A stretch of 64,000 nucleotides of DNA from Thermodesulfobacteriota bacterium (GCA_963675595.2 CAXXLZ010000001.1:1024001-1088000); one strand, 5' to 3'. Numbered from the stretch's first letter, positions 48,429-60,067 are shown. Notes: a model not told the origin generated them from the letters alone. Numbers and translations are program-made.

Positions 48429-48657
48429 GGTCGGTCCCTCCACAGCCGTCAATTGAAATGTTTTATGCTCTATTACCGTCTCTTCAAACTATTTTGTCAA
48501 GTTTTTTCATAACTGTGCATAAATTAGCATAAATTTTGTATGCGCCGGACCGGACTTTTTCCGGACTTTTTCCGCTTGCGTTACCCTTGCGAGGTTACTA
48601 AAATGCGCTTCACCCCAATGGGGAATCTCATAACAAGGAAGAGAGAATCCGCAAGGA

Positions 48658-49302
48658 ATGAGTAGTGCCAACACAAAAGCCGCCGTCGACTCCGAATCCT
48701 CCCCAAGGAAAAGCTCCACCCGGGAATATACCGAAGCGATCATCACGGCGATCATACTTGCTTTGATTGTCCGGACTTTCGTGGTCCAGGCTTTCAAGAT
48801 TCCCTCCGGGTCCATGATCCCCACGCTCATTGTCGGGGATCACATCCTGGTTAACAAATTCCGCTACGATATTAAGATTCCTTTTCTGAACAAGCCCTTG
48901 TTTCGAATATCGGACGAGCAGAGGGGCGACGTGGTGGTCTTCATCTTCCCTGTGGATCCCTCCAAAGACTTCATCAAGCGGATCATCGGCTTGCCGGGGG
49001 ATCGAATCCAGGTAATCGACAAGAAGCTTTACGTGAACGACAAGCCTGTTCCCGATATTCACGCGGTGCACATGGACAACAAAACCTCGAAAGAAGGCCA
49101 GAGGGATTATTTCGGACCGGTAACGGTCCCTGAAAACTCCTATTTTGTGATGGGGGACAACCGGGATTCCAGTTGGGACAGCCGAGTGTGGGGATTCGTA
49201 AAGGCGGACGCCATACGAGGCAAGGCCTTTCTGATCTATGGTTGCTGGAATCTGAGCGACTTCGAGATCAATTTCTCCCGATTTTTCAAGACGATCAATT
49301 GA
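48658..49302 (+). CDS. lepB: Signal peptidase I
   Basis: IPSGSM, KRIIGLPGD, GDNRD.S.DSR. Confidence 0.96.
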   Translation: MSSANTKAAVDSESSPRKSSTREYTEAIITAIILALIVRTFVVQAFKIPSGSMIPTLIVGDHILVNKFRYDIKIPFLNKPLFRISDEQRGDVVVFIFPVDPSKDFIKRIIGLPGDRIQVIDKKLYVNDKPVPDIHAVHMDNKTSKEGQRDYFGPVTVPENSYFVMGDNRDSSWDSRVWGFVKADAIRGKAFLIYGCWNLSDFEINFSRFFKTIN

Positions 49303-49504
49303 ACAATCCCCGGTTTCGCCTACGGCGCGTCCATGTCGGCGACCTGCCGGGCCGATCTGCTGAAGACACTTCAACGAGGAATGGTTTGTTTAGGCCGACG
49401 GCAAGGCGCCTCCAACGAACCGGTAAGCGGAGAGGGGAGATGCTTCGAGGAGTTCGGCTTCGCTTCAACAGCTTTCAGGAGCCCACCACTACGGGTTCAT
49501 GACC

Positions 49505-49536
49505 GCCCCCCTTGCTTTCAATGGGGGCTTTTTTTT
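49505..49536 (+). terminator. Intrinsic terminator-like hairpin immediately upstream of pyrB
   Basis: GCCCCC...GGGGGC followed by T8. Confidence 0.6.
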
Positions 49537-49549
49537 GACAAGGGCGACA

Positions 49550-50479
49550 ATGACCTTCTTAGGCAAAGACCATCTTCTCGGAATGGCCGAGGCTTCGCGG
49601 GAGGAGATCGAAATCATCCTCAGGACCGCCGAGAGTCTCAAAGAGATTTCAAGCCGTGACATCAAAAAGGTTCCGACGCTCCGAGGGAAGACGGTCATTC
49701 ACTTCTTCTGCGAACCCAGCACCAGGACCCGCATGTCCTTTGAAATCGCCGCCAAGAGACTAAGCGCGGATACCATCAACCTTTCGGCTTCCACCAGTAG
49801 TCTTACCAAAGGCGAAACCCTCATCGACACGGTGCGTAACCTCCAAGCGATGAATCCCGACGTGCTGGTGTTGCGCCATCCCATGAGTGGAGCGCCCCAT
49901 TTTGTGGCGCGAAACGTGCAGGCTTCCGTGGTAAACGCCGGAGACGGCCGGCACGAACATCCGACCCAGGCTCTACTGGACATGATGACGGTTTCCGAAA
50001 AGAAGGGGCGGTTGGACGGGCTCAAGATTTCCATCGTGGGCGACATTGCCAACAGCCGTGTAGCGCGGTCCAATATTCTGGGATTTACCGCCATGGGATC
50101 CCAGGTCACCTTGGCGGGACCGCCGACCATGATGCCCATATACGCGGAGCGCTTGGGCGCCAAAGTGACTCATGACCTGGACGAGGCCGTTGAGGATGCG
50201 GATGTGATCATGGTGCTCCGGATTCAACTCGAAAGACAGGCGGAATCCCTGTTCCCCTCGACTCGCGAATACGCGCGCCACTTTGGATTGAACACGAAAC
50301 GCCTGAAGAAAGCCAAGAAGGACGTCATTATCATGCACCCGGGACCCATCAACCGGGGTGTGGAAATCGCACCGGAAGTGGCGGACGGCCCCTATTCGGT
50401 GATTCTGGACCAGGTAACCAACGGAGTCGCGGTGCGTATGGCGGTTCTGTACTTGTTGTTGGGAGGAAAAGAGGCGTGA
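49550..50479 (+). CDS. pyrB: Aspartate carbamoyltransferase catalytic subunit
   Basis: [17 protein letters not shown]. Confidence 0.97.
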   Translation: MTFLGKDHLLGMAEASREEIEIILRTAESLKEISSRDIKKVPTLRGKTVIHFFCEPSTRTRMSFEIAAKRLSADTINLSASTSSLTKGETLIDTVRNLQAMNPDVLVLRHPMSGAPHFVARNVQASVVNAGDGRHEHPTQALLDMMTVSEKKGRLDGLKISIVGDIANSRVARSNILGFTAMGSQVTLAGPPTMMPIYAERLGAKVTHDLDEAVEDADVIMVLRIQLERQAESLFPSTREYARHFGLNTKRLKKAKKDVIIMHPGPINRGVEIAPEVADGPYSVILDQVTNGVAVRMAVLYLLLGGKEA

Positions 50480-51783
50480 AATGGGTGCTGAAAGGCGGCA
50501 CGCTGGTCCATCCGGAGTCTCAAAGGATGGAACGAGCGGACCTCTTGATCTCCGATGGCCAAGTGGAGGCGTTTCTCTCTCTCGAAGAATCAACAACTAT
50601 TGAAAGGGAAGGCCTACTTCGTGTCGTTTCGGCGGAAAACCGGATCGTAACACCGGGACTCGTGGACATGCACGTGCATCTTCGAGAGCCGGGAGAGGAG
50701 TACAAGGAAACCATCTTTTCCGGCACAAAGGCTGCCGCTGCGGGAGGATTCACTGCAGTGGCCTGCATGCCCAACACCCTGCCGGTAAACGACACCCGTT
50801 CGGTGTCGGAATTCATTCTGAAGCAGGCAAAGGCTGCGGGATTCGCTCGTGTGTATCCCGTGGCTTCTATAAGTAAAGGTTCCTTGGGAGAGGAACTGGC
50901 GGAATTCGGAGAACTGGCGGAGTCCGGAGCCGCCGCTTTCAGCGATGACGGAAAGCCGGTCTGCAATGCCCTGCTTATGCGGCGCGCGCTGGAATATTCT
51001 CGGACTTTCGGAAAACCCATCATCTCCCATCCGGAAGAACTGCAGATCAGCCGAGGGGGCTGCATGCACGAGGGGGAAGTCTCCACCCGTCTGGGCCTCA
51101 AGGGGATCCCCTCGGAGGCGGAAGAGATCATGGTCCACCGGGATATCGCTCTGGCTCGCCTGACGGAAGGCCGACTGCACTTGGCCCACGTGAGTACGGC
51201 CGGCTCGGTTGAACTTATCCGAAGGGCCAAAGAGGAAGGAATCCAAGTCACGGCGGAAACCGCACCTCATTATTTCTCCCTGACCCACGAGGCTGTTGAA
51301 GGATACGACACCCGAGCCAAAATGAATCCTCCGTTGCGCACCGCCCGGGATGTGCAGGCCGTCCGTGACGGGCTCCGAGAAGGAGTACTGGATGCGGTGG
51401 CCAGTGATCATGCACCCCATTCCAGTCTGGAAAAGGATGTGGAGTTCGAGCGTGCGGCCAACGGGATCATCGGCCTCGAAACCGCTTTGGGGCTGACCCT
51501 CTCCCTGGTGGATCAAGGCGTCTTGACTCTTTTTCAAGCGATTCGCAGCCTTTCCACGAACCCGGCACGTATTCTTGGAATCCAACAAGGGGAAATTCGA
51601 CCCGGCTGCAAGGCGGATTTGACGATCATTGACCCCGACGTCACCTATGTGGTTGATTCCTCGTCATTTTATTCCCTTAGTCGAAACACGCCCTTTGACG
51701 GGATGCGATTGAAGGGCAGGGCCGTTATGACCGTCCTGGACGGCGTTCCGGTTGACCTTTCCCGGGAATCCGCCGATTTTTGA
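50476..51783 (+). CDS. pyrC: Dihydroorotase
   Basis: [19 protein letters not shown]. Confidence 0.95.
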   Translation: MKWVLKGGTLVHPESQRMERADLLISDGQVEAFLSLEESTTIEREGLLRVVSAENRIVTPGLVDMHVHLREPGEEYKETIFSGTKAAAAGGFTAVACMPNTLPVNDTRSVSEFILKQAKAAGFARVYPVASISKGSLGEELAEFGELAESGAAAFSDDGKPVCNALLMRRALEYSRTFGKPIISHPEELQISRGGCMHEGEVSTRLGLKGIPSEAEEIMVHRDIALARLTEGRLHLAHVSTAGSVELIRRAKEEGIQVTAETAPHYFSLTHEAVEGYDTRAKMNPPLRTARDVQAVRDGLREGVLDAVASDHAPHSSLEKDVEFERAANGIIGLETALGLTLSLVDQGVLTLFQAIRSLSTNPARILGIQQGEIRPGCKADLTIIDPDVTYVVDSSSFYSLSRNTPFDGMRLKGRAVMTVLDGVPVDLSRESADF

Positions 51784-52102
51784 TTTGCGGACCCTGAAGA
51801 ATGCCGCGTAGGACCGAGACGACCAATCAGGGTCTCCGCCGCAGGACCGAGAACGGTCTGTGCTCCCTTCCCTTGGGCGATGAGTTTTCCAGCCGAAGCC
51901 TCAGGCTCCCGACGCCCATCCCCGACCGCCGTCACCGAATGATCGGCGGGTCTCAAAAGAAATGATTGGTGAACGGAAAAAATGATTGACAAAAAATCGC
52001 ATCCGAATATAGGATAAAAAGTGTCTTATATATCGTTTATCGCGGCTTCGCCGCTCCGGCAAAGGGTTCTCAACCCTTAACTCCAACCAACAGGGGGAAT
52101 TC

Positions 52103-53413
52103 ATGGACGTTCTGCTCTTGTCCAGGCTTCAGTTCGCCGTGGCCGCTTTCTATCATTTCCTCTTCGTTCCTTTGACGCTTGGGCTTTCCGTCATGGTGGC
52201 CGTCATGGAAACCCGCTATGCTCAAACAGGGAACGAAACCTACCTTCGAATGACCAAGTTCTGGGGAAGGATCTTTCTGGTCAACTTCGCCATGGGCGTG
52301 GTCACCGGTATCACTCTGGAATTCCAGTTCGGCACCAACTGGTCTCGTTATTCGGAGTTCATGGGGGATATCTTTGGAACTCTCTTGGCCATTGAAGCCT
52401 TGGGGTTCTTTTTCCTCGAATCCACCATGATCGGTGTCTGGATCTTCGGGTGGAACCGGCTATCCGCCAAAGCACACGCTTTTGTCATGTGGCTGGTGGC
52501 ATTTGCCTCCACAGGTTCCGCGGTTTGGATTCTCACAGCCAACTCCTGGATGCAGCATCCCGTGGGATATGTGCTCAGGAATGGAAGAGCGGAATTGGGC
52601 GACTTCGCCCAAGTGGCCCTGAACCCATACGCAATCCTCATGTTCTTCCACGTTGTCGCCGCCGCCTATCTGCTCAGCGCCTTTTTCGTCATGGGAGTCA
52701 GCGCCTACCATCTTCTCAAGAAGAGCAACATCGATTTTTTCGCACGGTCCTTCCGTTTAGCACTTACCGTGGGACTCATCGCCTCACTATTCCTGATCGT
52801 CGAAGGGCATTACCACGCCTCGGATTTGGCCGTGACGCAACCCGCCAAGCTCGCCGCCATGGAATCCCATTGGGAGACGCAGTCCGAGGCCCCGATGTAT
52901 GCCTTTTCATGGCCGGACGAACAAAACGAAAGGAACGTGGTGGACTTGTTGCCCATCCCGGGGTTCCTGAGCTGGATGTCCTTCCACGACACGAAAGCCA
53001 CGGTGAAGGGGTTGCTGGATTATCCCAGAGATGAGCGCCCGCCGGTGCTTCCCACCTACGTTTCTTTCAAGGTGATGGCATTTTTGGGCTTCTATTTCGC
53101 ACTGCTCATGGTGGTGGGATGGTTCAAACGCAATCGGTTGACGGAGCATCCGGCCTATCTCAAAGTGATGTTCTATTCCATGTTCCTGCCTTACGTGGCC
53201 ATCGAGCTGGGGTGGATGGTGGCTGAAATCGGCAGGCAGCCCTGGCTGGTTTACGGGCTCATGAAGACCTCCGAAGGCGTATCCTCCATCGCGGTTTCAC
53301 AGGCGGCGCTCTCGCTCGCGGCATTCATCCTGGTTTACAGTCTTCTGGCCGTGGCGGCGGGTGTCCTGCAGGTAAGATACATCCGGAAAGGACCGGAACA
53401 TGCGGGCGCTTAA
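52103..53413 (+). CDS. cydA: Cytochrome bd oxidase subunit I
   Basis: HFLFVPLT, EFQFGTNW, QP.KLAAME, GRQPW. Confidence 0.97.
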   Translation: MDVLLLSRLQFAVAAFYHFLFVPLTLGLSVMVAVMETRYAQTGNETYLRMTKFWGRIFLVNFAMGVVTGITLEFQFGTNWSRYSEFMGDIFGTLLAIEALGFFFLESTMIGVWIFGWNRLSAKAHAFVMWLVAFASTGSAVWILTANSWMQHPVGYVLRNGRAELGDFAQVALNPYAILMFFHVVAAAYLLSAFFVMGVSAYHLLKKSNIDFFARSFRLALTVGLIASLFLIVEGHYHASDLAVTQPAKLAAMESHWETQSEAPMYAFSWPDEQNERNVVDLLPIPGFLSWMSFHDTKATVKGLLDYPRDERPPVLPTYVSFKVMAFLGFYFALLMVVGWFKRNRLTEHPAYLKVMFYSMFLPYVAIELGWMVAEIGRQPWLVYGLMKTSEGVSSIAVSQAALSLAAFILVYSLLAVAAGVLQVRYIRKGPEHAGA

Positions 53414-53501
53414 AGAAGAGCCTCGGGTCAAAAAAGACAATATAGAAACGCCCGGTTTCGCCTAATATTAAACTCGTTTATGAAAAGTATCGGAGGATAT
53501 C

Positions 53502-54530
53502 ATGGACCTGCCCACCATTTGGTTCTTGCTCTGGGGCCTTCTTTGGGCCGTCTATTTCATCAGCGACGGCTTCGATCTGGGCATCGGTACGTTGATGCCT
53601 TTCGTGGCCAAGACCGATGATGAGAAACGTATACTTTATAACGTGATGGGGCCGCTCTGGGACGGCAACGAGGTCTGGTTGATCACCGCCGGCGGGGTGA
53701 CGTTCGCCGCGTTCCCCAAGACGTATGCCGTCATGTTCAGTGCCTTGTACACGCCCCTCATGCTTCTGTTGTTCGCCCTTATCGTCCGAGGAGTGGCCTT
53801 CGAGTTCCGCAGCAAACTCGAAAGTCCCGCTTGGAGACGATTATGGGATACCTGCCTTTTTGTGGGGAGTATGCTCCCGGCGGTCCTTCTGGGGGTGGCT
53901 TTCGCCAATATCTTCCATGGAATCGCCATAGACTCCGAAGGCGTTTATCAAGGTAGCCTCCTGACCCTTCTCAATCCTTATGGGCTGCTGGGCGGCGTGC
54001 TCTTCCTGACCTTATTCCTGCAGCACGGAAGCCTGTATTTGGCATGCCGTACGGAGGGTGTTCTGCAGGAACGTGCTCTCGGGGCGGCCAAAGGGGCCTG
54101 GTGGGCCGTTCTGGTCGCGGCGGTGCTGTTTCTGGTTGCGAGCGCCTTCGCCACCGGGCTCTACACCAACTACCTCTCCAATCCTATTCTGTTCGTCATA
54201 CCGTTGCTGACGGTCGTAGCCCTTCTGTTCGTGAAGGTTTTCGCGGCACGGGGGGCTTTCTGGAAGGCTTGGTTCGCTTCGGCCGGGACCATTATCGGCG
54301 CTACGTTCTACGGCATTGTGGGACTCTACCCCAACATGTTCCCTTCCAGTATCGACCCGGCTTACCATATTACGGTGCATGGAGCCGCTTCCAGTCCCAA
54401 GACGCTCTTGATTATGTTTGTGCTCGCACTGATCTTCACACCCGTGGTGCTCGCCTATCAGTTCTGGGCCCATCGGCTGTTCCGGCATCGTACCACGGAA
54501 AAGGATTTGTCCTACGAAGAAGCCTATTGA
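53502..54530 (+). CDS. cydB: Cytochrome bd oxidase subunit II
   Basis: DGFDLG, WDGNEVWL. Confidence 0.97.
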   Translation: MDLPTIWFLLWGLLWAVYFISDGFDLGIGTLMPFVAKTDDEKRILYNVMGPLWDGNEVWLITAGGVTFAAFPKTYAVMFSALYTPLMLLLFALIVRGVAFEFRSKLESPAWRRLWDTCLFVGSMLPAVLLGVAFANIFHGIAIDSEGVYQGSLLTLLNPYGLLGGVLFLTLFLQHGSLYLACRTEGVLQERALGAAKGAWWAVLVAAVLFLVASAFATGLYTNYLSNPILFVIPLLTVVALLFVKVFAARGAFWKAWFASAGTIIGATFYGIVGLYPNMFPSSIDPAYHITVHGAASSPKTLLIMFVLALIFTPVVLAYQFWAHRLFRHRTTEKDLSYEEAY

Positions 54531-54551
54531 GGTCCTATGACCCGCTTACCC

Positions 54552-54594
54552 GCCGTGGAAGACTTCCTAAGGAAGTCCTCCGCGGCTTTTTTTT
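54552..54594 (+). terminator. Intrinsic terminator after cydAB
   Basis: GCCGTGGAAGACTTCC-TAA-GGAAGTCCTCCGCGGC followed by T8. Confidence 0.85.
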
Positions 54595-54882
54595 CAGTCC
54601 GACACGCCGGCGGTGAACCTCGCAAGGAGCGGATTCGCAAACGGCATGGAGAGGAGTGTCCAATCAACACGAGCTCAGCGCGCTCCTTGGCCCTTTTCGC
54701 GGACCTGAGCCCTATAGCGAGCCGTTGATGCAGGGTCCGTCGACTGGGACGGATCGATCAAAGACGCGCTCCAATGCCGATGGATCCTAAGGTCCTACCC
54801 GATCAATCCCCTTCACGAAAAAAATTGACACGCCCCCTGAATTCACTTAGATAGATCAGATTAGCCTGATGGAAAGGGTCTC

Positions 54883-55722
54883 ATGCGAGCAATCCGTTGT
54901 GCCGACATTACGGCGACTGTAAAGAGTCTGTTCATGGAAGCGAATACCAGGCTGGGGGAAGACGTCTCCGAAACGATAAGGCATTCGCTGGACACCGAAG
55001 AATCCGAAGTGGGCAAGGAGATTTTGAATCAGCTCCTGGAAAACGCCCGCTTGGCGCGGGAAACCGGAGTGCCTATTTGTCAGGATACCGGTCTGGCCGT
55101 GGTCTTCCTTGAACTGGGGCAGGACGCCCAAGTGGTTGAAGGGAATCTGGTGGACGCGGTGAACGAAGGGGTTCGCCAGGGCTACCGGGAAGGATACCTG
55201 CGAAAATCCGTGTGCCATCCGTTCACACGAGCCAATACGGGAGACAACACTCCCGCCGTGGTCTATGTGGACCTGGTTCCCGGCGACCAACTGAAGATTA
55301 TCGCCGTGCCCAAAGGGGGAGGCAGCGAGAACATGTCGCGCGTTTTCATGCTGCCGCCGTCCGCAGGCAAGGCGGGAGTACGGAACAGCATCCTGGAAAC
55401 GGTCCGGAACGCCGGGCCCAATCCCTGCCCCCCCACCATTATCGGAGTGGGGATCGGCGGCACCTTCGAGCAGGCGGCCTTACAAGCCAAGCGCGCCCTG
55501 CTGAGGCCCCTGGGTTCCACCAACCCGGACCCGGAGGTGGCGGAGCTGGAACGTGAGTGGTTCGAAGACATCAACAAACTGGGGATCGGTCCCCAAGGGT
55601 TGGGTGGACGGACCACGAGTCTTGCCTTACATATCCGGATGTTGCCCTGCCATATCGCCAGTTTGCCGGTGGCCGTCAACGTACAGTGCCACGCGGCGAG
55701 GCACAAGGAAGCCGTACTTTAA
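54883..55722 (+). CDS. Class I fumarate hydratase, alpha subunit
   Basis: CQDTG, KGGGSEN, CPP, CHIAS, CHAAR. Confidence 0.93.
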   Translation: MRAIRCADITATVKSLFMEANTRLGEDVSETIRHSLDTEESEVGKEILNQLLENARLARETGVPICQDTGLAVVFLELGQDAQVVEGNLVDAVNEGVRQGYREGYLRKSVCHPFTRANTGDNTPAVVYVDLVPGDQLKIIAVPKGGGSENMSRVFMLPPSAGKAGVRNSILETVRNAGPNPCPPTIIGVGIGGTFEQAALQAKRALLRPLGSTNPDPEVAELEREWFEDINKLGIGPQGLGGRTTSLALHIRMLPCHIASLPVAVNVQCHAARHKEAVL

Positions 55723-56033
55723 TTCGGCGTTGTCCGTCGGGAGCCTTTGCCGAGCCTCCGGCGGAACTCCGTTTTCGTGAAGCTGTTCCTTCCGTGGGAC
55801 GTTCCCGCGCACGGAACGGCTGCAACGAACTCTTACCGATGCCGGGCGGGAGTTTTTCCGTCCGAGCAGGATCGATGCGCCTTTTTCCTTTCTAATCTGC
55901 ATGGGGAGCTTGGGCGGTCGGACCCTTCGATGAGCGGTGGGAGACTAAAGATGGAGCGGGCCGGGTTCTTGGATGAACATCGAGACACCGTCATCTTGTG
56001 CTCTTAACAGGATTTCGGGAAAGAAGCGGGATC

Positions 56034-56591
56034 ATGACGCAGACCTATCGACTGACGCCTCCTTTGTCCAGAGAAGACGTGGCCCGGTTGCGTATCGGGG
56101 ACAAAGTGCTTTTGAGCGGTGTCCTCTACAGCGCGCGGGATGCGGCGCATAAACGCCTTGTGGATTTGATCGACAAGGGAATGAAGCTGCCCATCGAACT
56201 CGAAGGACGAGTGATCTATTATGTGGGACCGTCGCCTCCGCCTCCGGGAAGGCCGATAGGCGCGGCGGGACCCACGACGAGTTATCGGATGGACCCTTAT
56301 GCGCCGACCCTCATGGCTCATGGGCTGAAGGGGATGATTGGAAAAGGAAAGAGGTCCCCCGAGGTCATTGAGTCCATAAAAAAATACGGGGCCGTGTACA
56401 TGGCCGGAGTGGGGGGTGCCGGAGCTTTGATGTCCCAGGCGATCCTCGAGGCCGAAATCGTGGCTTATCCCGAGTTGGGACCTGAAGCCATCTGGAAGTT
56501 CGTGGTTCGGGACTTCCCCGCCATCGTGGTGAACGACGTGCTGGGGAACGACTTGTACGAGGAGGGAGTTCGTAAATACCAACGTATCTAA
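56034..56591 (+). CDS. Class I fumarate hydratase, beta subunit
   Basis: ARDAAH, GPTTS.RM, IGKG. Confidence 0.93.
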   Translation: MTQTYRLTPPLSREDVARLRIGDKVLLSGVLYSARDAAHKRLVDLIDKGMKLPIELEGRVIYYVGPSPPPPGRPIGAAGPTTSYRMDPYAPTLMAHGLKGMIGKGKRSPEVIESIKKYGAVYMAGVGGAGALMSQAILEAEIVAYPELGPEAIWKFVVRDFPAIVVNDVLGNDLYEEGVRKYQRI

Positions 56592-56620
56592 AATAACGGA
56601 TTTAGAATAAGGAGACGCCC

Positions 56621-57268
56621 TTGCTGTTCCAGAGAATTTTCGGAAGAAACAAGAAAGCCGACGTCTATCTGGACCTGATGGGCTCCGCAAGCGGTCTGTT
56701 CCTTGCGACGTTCGTGTGGACGCACATGCTCTTTGTGGGGACCATTGTGTTCGGCAGTACCTTCTATAACTTGGTGCCCTATGTCTTGGACACCACATAC
56801 ATTTCCTATGTCGGTATTTTTCTGGTTTGCTCCGCCATCCTCCTGCATCTGGTCGTGGCCGGACGCAGGATTCCAACACGGTATCAGGATCAACGTATCG
56901 TGTGGCAGCATTCCAAAAGGTTGGGTCAGAGAGACACCTGGCTGTGGGTTGTTCAGATCGTCACCGGGATGTCCATCCTGATCCTCGCCTCCATTCACAT
57001 CTTTCTGGTCCTGTGGGGATGGCCCATTACCGCGGCTCACAGCGCAGGCCGGGTTCAGGGAGGCGTTTTTTGGCTTTACCTTCTGCTCTTGCCCGTGGCC
57101 GAGCTTCACACCGGCATCGGGGTATACCGTCTGTTCGTCAAATGGGGATGGATCGATAGGCACCGGGTGAGCCGTGTGCTCAACTACGTCACTCTTGGCA
57201 TTCTCGGGCTGGGTCTGGCCGCGCTGCTTGTATTCCTTTTCCTCATTTCTACGGAGGCGGCCTCATGA
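56621..57268 (+). CDS. frdC: Fumarate reductase/succinate dehydrogenase cytochrome b subunit (5-TM diheme type)
   Basis: SGL.L..F...H, four His ligands, H.GIG.YRLFVKWG. Confidence 0.9.
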   Translation: MLFQRIFGRNKKADVYLDLMGSASGLFLATFVWTHMLFVGTIVFGSTFYNLVPYVLDTTYISYVGIFLVCSAILLHLVVAGRRIPTRYQDQRIVWQHSKRLGQRDTWLWVVQIVTGMSILILASIHIFLVLWGWPITAAHSAGRVQGGVFWLYLLLLPVAELHTGIGVYRLFVKWGWIDRHRVSRVLNYVTLGILGLGLAALLVFLFLISTEAAS

Positions 57269-59079
57269 AATCCGAAAACACACATATCACGGATGCATTG
57301 GTTATTGGAGCGGGACTGGCCGGTGAACGGGCGGCCATCGAGGCGGCCCTTGCCGGACATGAGGTGATCATCCTGAGCTTGGTGCCACCCAGACGTTCAC
57401 ACAGTACGGCGGCCCAAGGCGGCATGCAGGCCAGCCTGGGAAACTGCTGCAAAGGTGAGGGGGACTCTCCCGACGTTCATTTCGCGGACACGGTGAAAGG
57501 GTCCGACTGGGGATGCGACCAGGACGTCGCGCGCCTCTTTGTGGAACTGGCCCCGGTGGCGGTACGTCAGATGGATTTCTGGGGAGTGCCCTGGAACCGC
57601 GTCGAGGCGGGACCGCGTACCCTGGCGGACGGAACGGTGATTCACGAGTCTTCCGAAAAACACATGCTTATCACCGCTCGCGATTTCGGCGGCACCGCCA
57701 AATGGAGAACCTGTTACACGGCCGACGGCACGGGACATACCCTGCAGTATACCATGGACAGCATCGTCGTTAAATTGGGCATCACGGTCCATGACCGGAT
57801 GGAGGCCATCGCGCTGATCCATGACGGGACCCGATGCTACGGCGCCGTGACTCGTTGTCTGCGGACCGGAGAACTGCACACCTACATATCCAAAGCCACG
57901 GTCATCGCAACCGGTGGCTATGGAAGGTTGTACGGAGCTTCCACAAACGCGGTGATCAACCAAGGCACGGGCATGACCATTGCCCTGAACACGGGAGTGG
58001 TGCCCTTGGGGAATATGGAGGCGGTTCAGTTCCATCCCACCGGTATCGTGCCGAGCTGGATTCTGATCACCGAAGGGGCTCGTGGAGACGGCGGATACCT
58101 TCTGGATAAGAACGAACACCGTTTCATGCCGGACTACGAACCGGTCAAAAAGGAACTAGCCTCACGAGACGTGGTGGCGCGCCGAATGATGCTGCATATG
58201 CGCAAGGGGTTCGGCGTCGAGAGCAAATACGCCCAGCACTTGTGGCTGGATATCCGTCACCTGGGCGAAAAGCACATTAACACGAACCTCAGAGAAATCG
58301 CCAATATCTGCCGGAACTTTAACGGCATCGACCCGGTTCACCAACTCATTCCCGTGCGTCCTACTCAGCATTACAGCATGGGCGGCGTGCGAACGAACAT
58401 TGATGGAGCGGCCCGAGGCTTGAAGGGGCTGCTGGCGGTGGGAGAATCCGCTTGTTGGGACCTGCACGGATTCAACCGGCTGGGTGGCAATTCCCTGGCG
58501 GAAACCATCGTCGGAGGCATGGTGGTGGGTCAATATCTCGCCGATTTCCTGAGCGGCGCCGAATTCGAGTATCCCGCAAAGCTCGTGGAAGACTTCCTCA
58601 AACAGCAACAGGACCGAATAGACAAAGTGATCCAAAACGGCTCCGGGGAAGATGTGTTCCAACTTCGCCGGACGATGGAAGAGACGCTGCTGGAAAAGGT
58701 GGGTATCTTCCGCAAAGGCAAAGACCTGGAAGAGGCGGTCGAGACGCTTCGTGACCTCTACCATCGCTCCTTGAACGTTTCACTGAAGTCCAAAGGCGGG
58801 ACCAGGGGACCGAACCCCGAATTGGCCGCCGCTTTGAGGCTGCCGGGGATGCTCAAACTGGCCCTTTGTATCTCCTACGGAGCGCTGACGCGCACCGAGA
58901 GCCGAGGGAGCCACTTCCGCGAGGATTATCCCAAACGGGACGACGTCAACTGGCTGAAGCGGACCCTGGCTACTTGGGAAGAGAACAAGGACCTGCCGAC
59001 GCTGAATTACGAATCCATCAAGATCAGCGAGTTGCCTCCGGGAGACCGAGGGTATGGCGAAGCCGCACGAGGAGACTGA
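57265..59079 (+). CDS. frdA: Fumarate reductase flavoprotein
   Basis: GAGLAG, RSHS.AAQGG, QFHPT, HYSMGG, RLGGNSL. Confidence 0.96.
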   Translation: MKSENTHITDALVIGAGLAGERAAIEAALAGHEVIILSLVPPRRSHSTAAQGGMQASLGNCCKGEGDSPDVHFADTVKGSDWGCDQDVARLFVELAPVAVRQMDFWGVPWNRVEAGPRTLADGTVIHESSEKHMLITARDFGGTAKWRTCYTADGTGHTLQYTMDSIVVKLGITVHDRMEAIALIHDGTRCYGAVTRCLRTGELHTYISKATVIATGGYGRLYGASTNAVINQGTGMTIALNTGVVPLGNMEAVQFHPTGIVPSWILITEGARGDGGYLLDKNEHRFMPDYEPVKKELASRDVVARRMMLHMRKGFGVESKYAQHLWLDIRHLGEKHINTNLREIANICRNFNGIDPVHQLIPVRPTQHYSMGGVRTNIDGAARGLKGLLAVGESACWDLHGFNRLGGNSLAETIVGGMVVGQYLADFLSGAEFEYPAKLVEDFLKQQQDRIDKVIQNGSGEDVFQLRRTMEETLLEKVGIFRKGKDLEEAVETLRDLYHRSLNVSLKSKGGTRGPNPELAAALRLPGMLKLALCISYGALTRTESRGSHFREDYPKRDDVNWLKRTLATWEENKDLPTLNYESIKISELPPGDRGYGEAARGD

Positions 59080-59096
59080 CAAGGGGAGTCTAACCG

Positions 59097-59828
59097 ATGA
59101 GTCGCATGCTATCCTTTGAGATATTTAGATATAATCCAAACGAGCCGAAGGTGAAGCCCAGGATGCAGCAGTATTCCCTGGACGAAACGGACGGCATGAC
59201 GCTGTTCGTGGCCTTGAACCGTATCCGGGAGGAACAGGACCCGTCCCTCATGTTCGATTTCGTGTGTAGGGCGGCCATTTGCGGGTCTTGCGCCATGCTG
59301 GTGAACGGCAAGCCCAAACTGGCCTGTCGAACGTTGGCCAAGGATATGCCCAACAAAATCACCTTGATGCCCCTGCCTGTGTTCAAACTGGTCGGGGACT
59401 TGAGCGTGGATACGGGTACCTGGTTTCGGGGCATGAACCTGAAAACCGAGAGCTGGATTCACACGGAACGGAGGTTTGATCCCAAAGCGTGTGAACTGCC
59501 CATGAGCAACGAAGATGCGTTGAAAATCTATGAAGCGGACCGGTGTATTGAGTGCGGTTGCTGCATTGCAGGATGCGCAACGGCCAATATCCGGGAAGAC
59601 TTCCTGGGTGCCGCCGGCCTCAATCGCATTGCGCGGTTCATGGTGGATCCCAGAGACGAACGCAAGAATGCGGACTACTTCGAGGTTGTGGGTACCGACG
59701 AGGGGGCTTTCGGCTGTGTAGGCCTTATGGCCTGTGACGACAACTGCCCCATGGAACTGCCGCTGCAGATGCAGCTCTCATTCGTGAGACGCAAGATGGC
59801 GATGCACGGCTTGGGCATCAAAAGATAA
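59097..59828 (+). CDS. frdB: Fumarate reductase Fe-S subunit
   Basis: CRAAICGSC, CIECGCC...C, C.....C...CP. Confidence 0.96.
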   Translation: MSRMLSFEIFRYNPNEPKVKPRMQQYSLDETDGMTLFVALNRIREEQDPSLMFDFVCRAAICGSCAMLVNGKPKLACRTLAKDMPNKITLMPLPVFKLVGDLSVDTGTWFRGMNLKTESWIHTERRFDPKACELPMSNEDALKIYEADRCIECGCCIAGCATANIREDFLGAAGLNRIARFMVDPRDERKNADYFEVVGTDEGAFGCVGLMACDDNCPMELPLQMQLSFVRRKMAMHGLGIKR

Positions 59829-60067
59829 CCAATGTTGAACGATCTTGGAGCCCGCCTCAGGCGGGTTCCAGGGTTTTGCGGCCCGGTGCTTATCGGGATG
59901 GGTTGTCGGCCGGGCGAACATTGGGGCATCGGCAACGATCCCTGAGCCGAGCAACAGCGACCCGATAGACGACTCCGGACATACGGGAAAGCCGATCACG
60001 GACCGTCTTACCGGGTTTTCGTGTTTCAAAGACTCGGGTCGGAAGAGCGGCGTCTTCACTCAGGACG

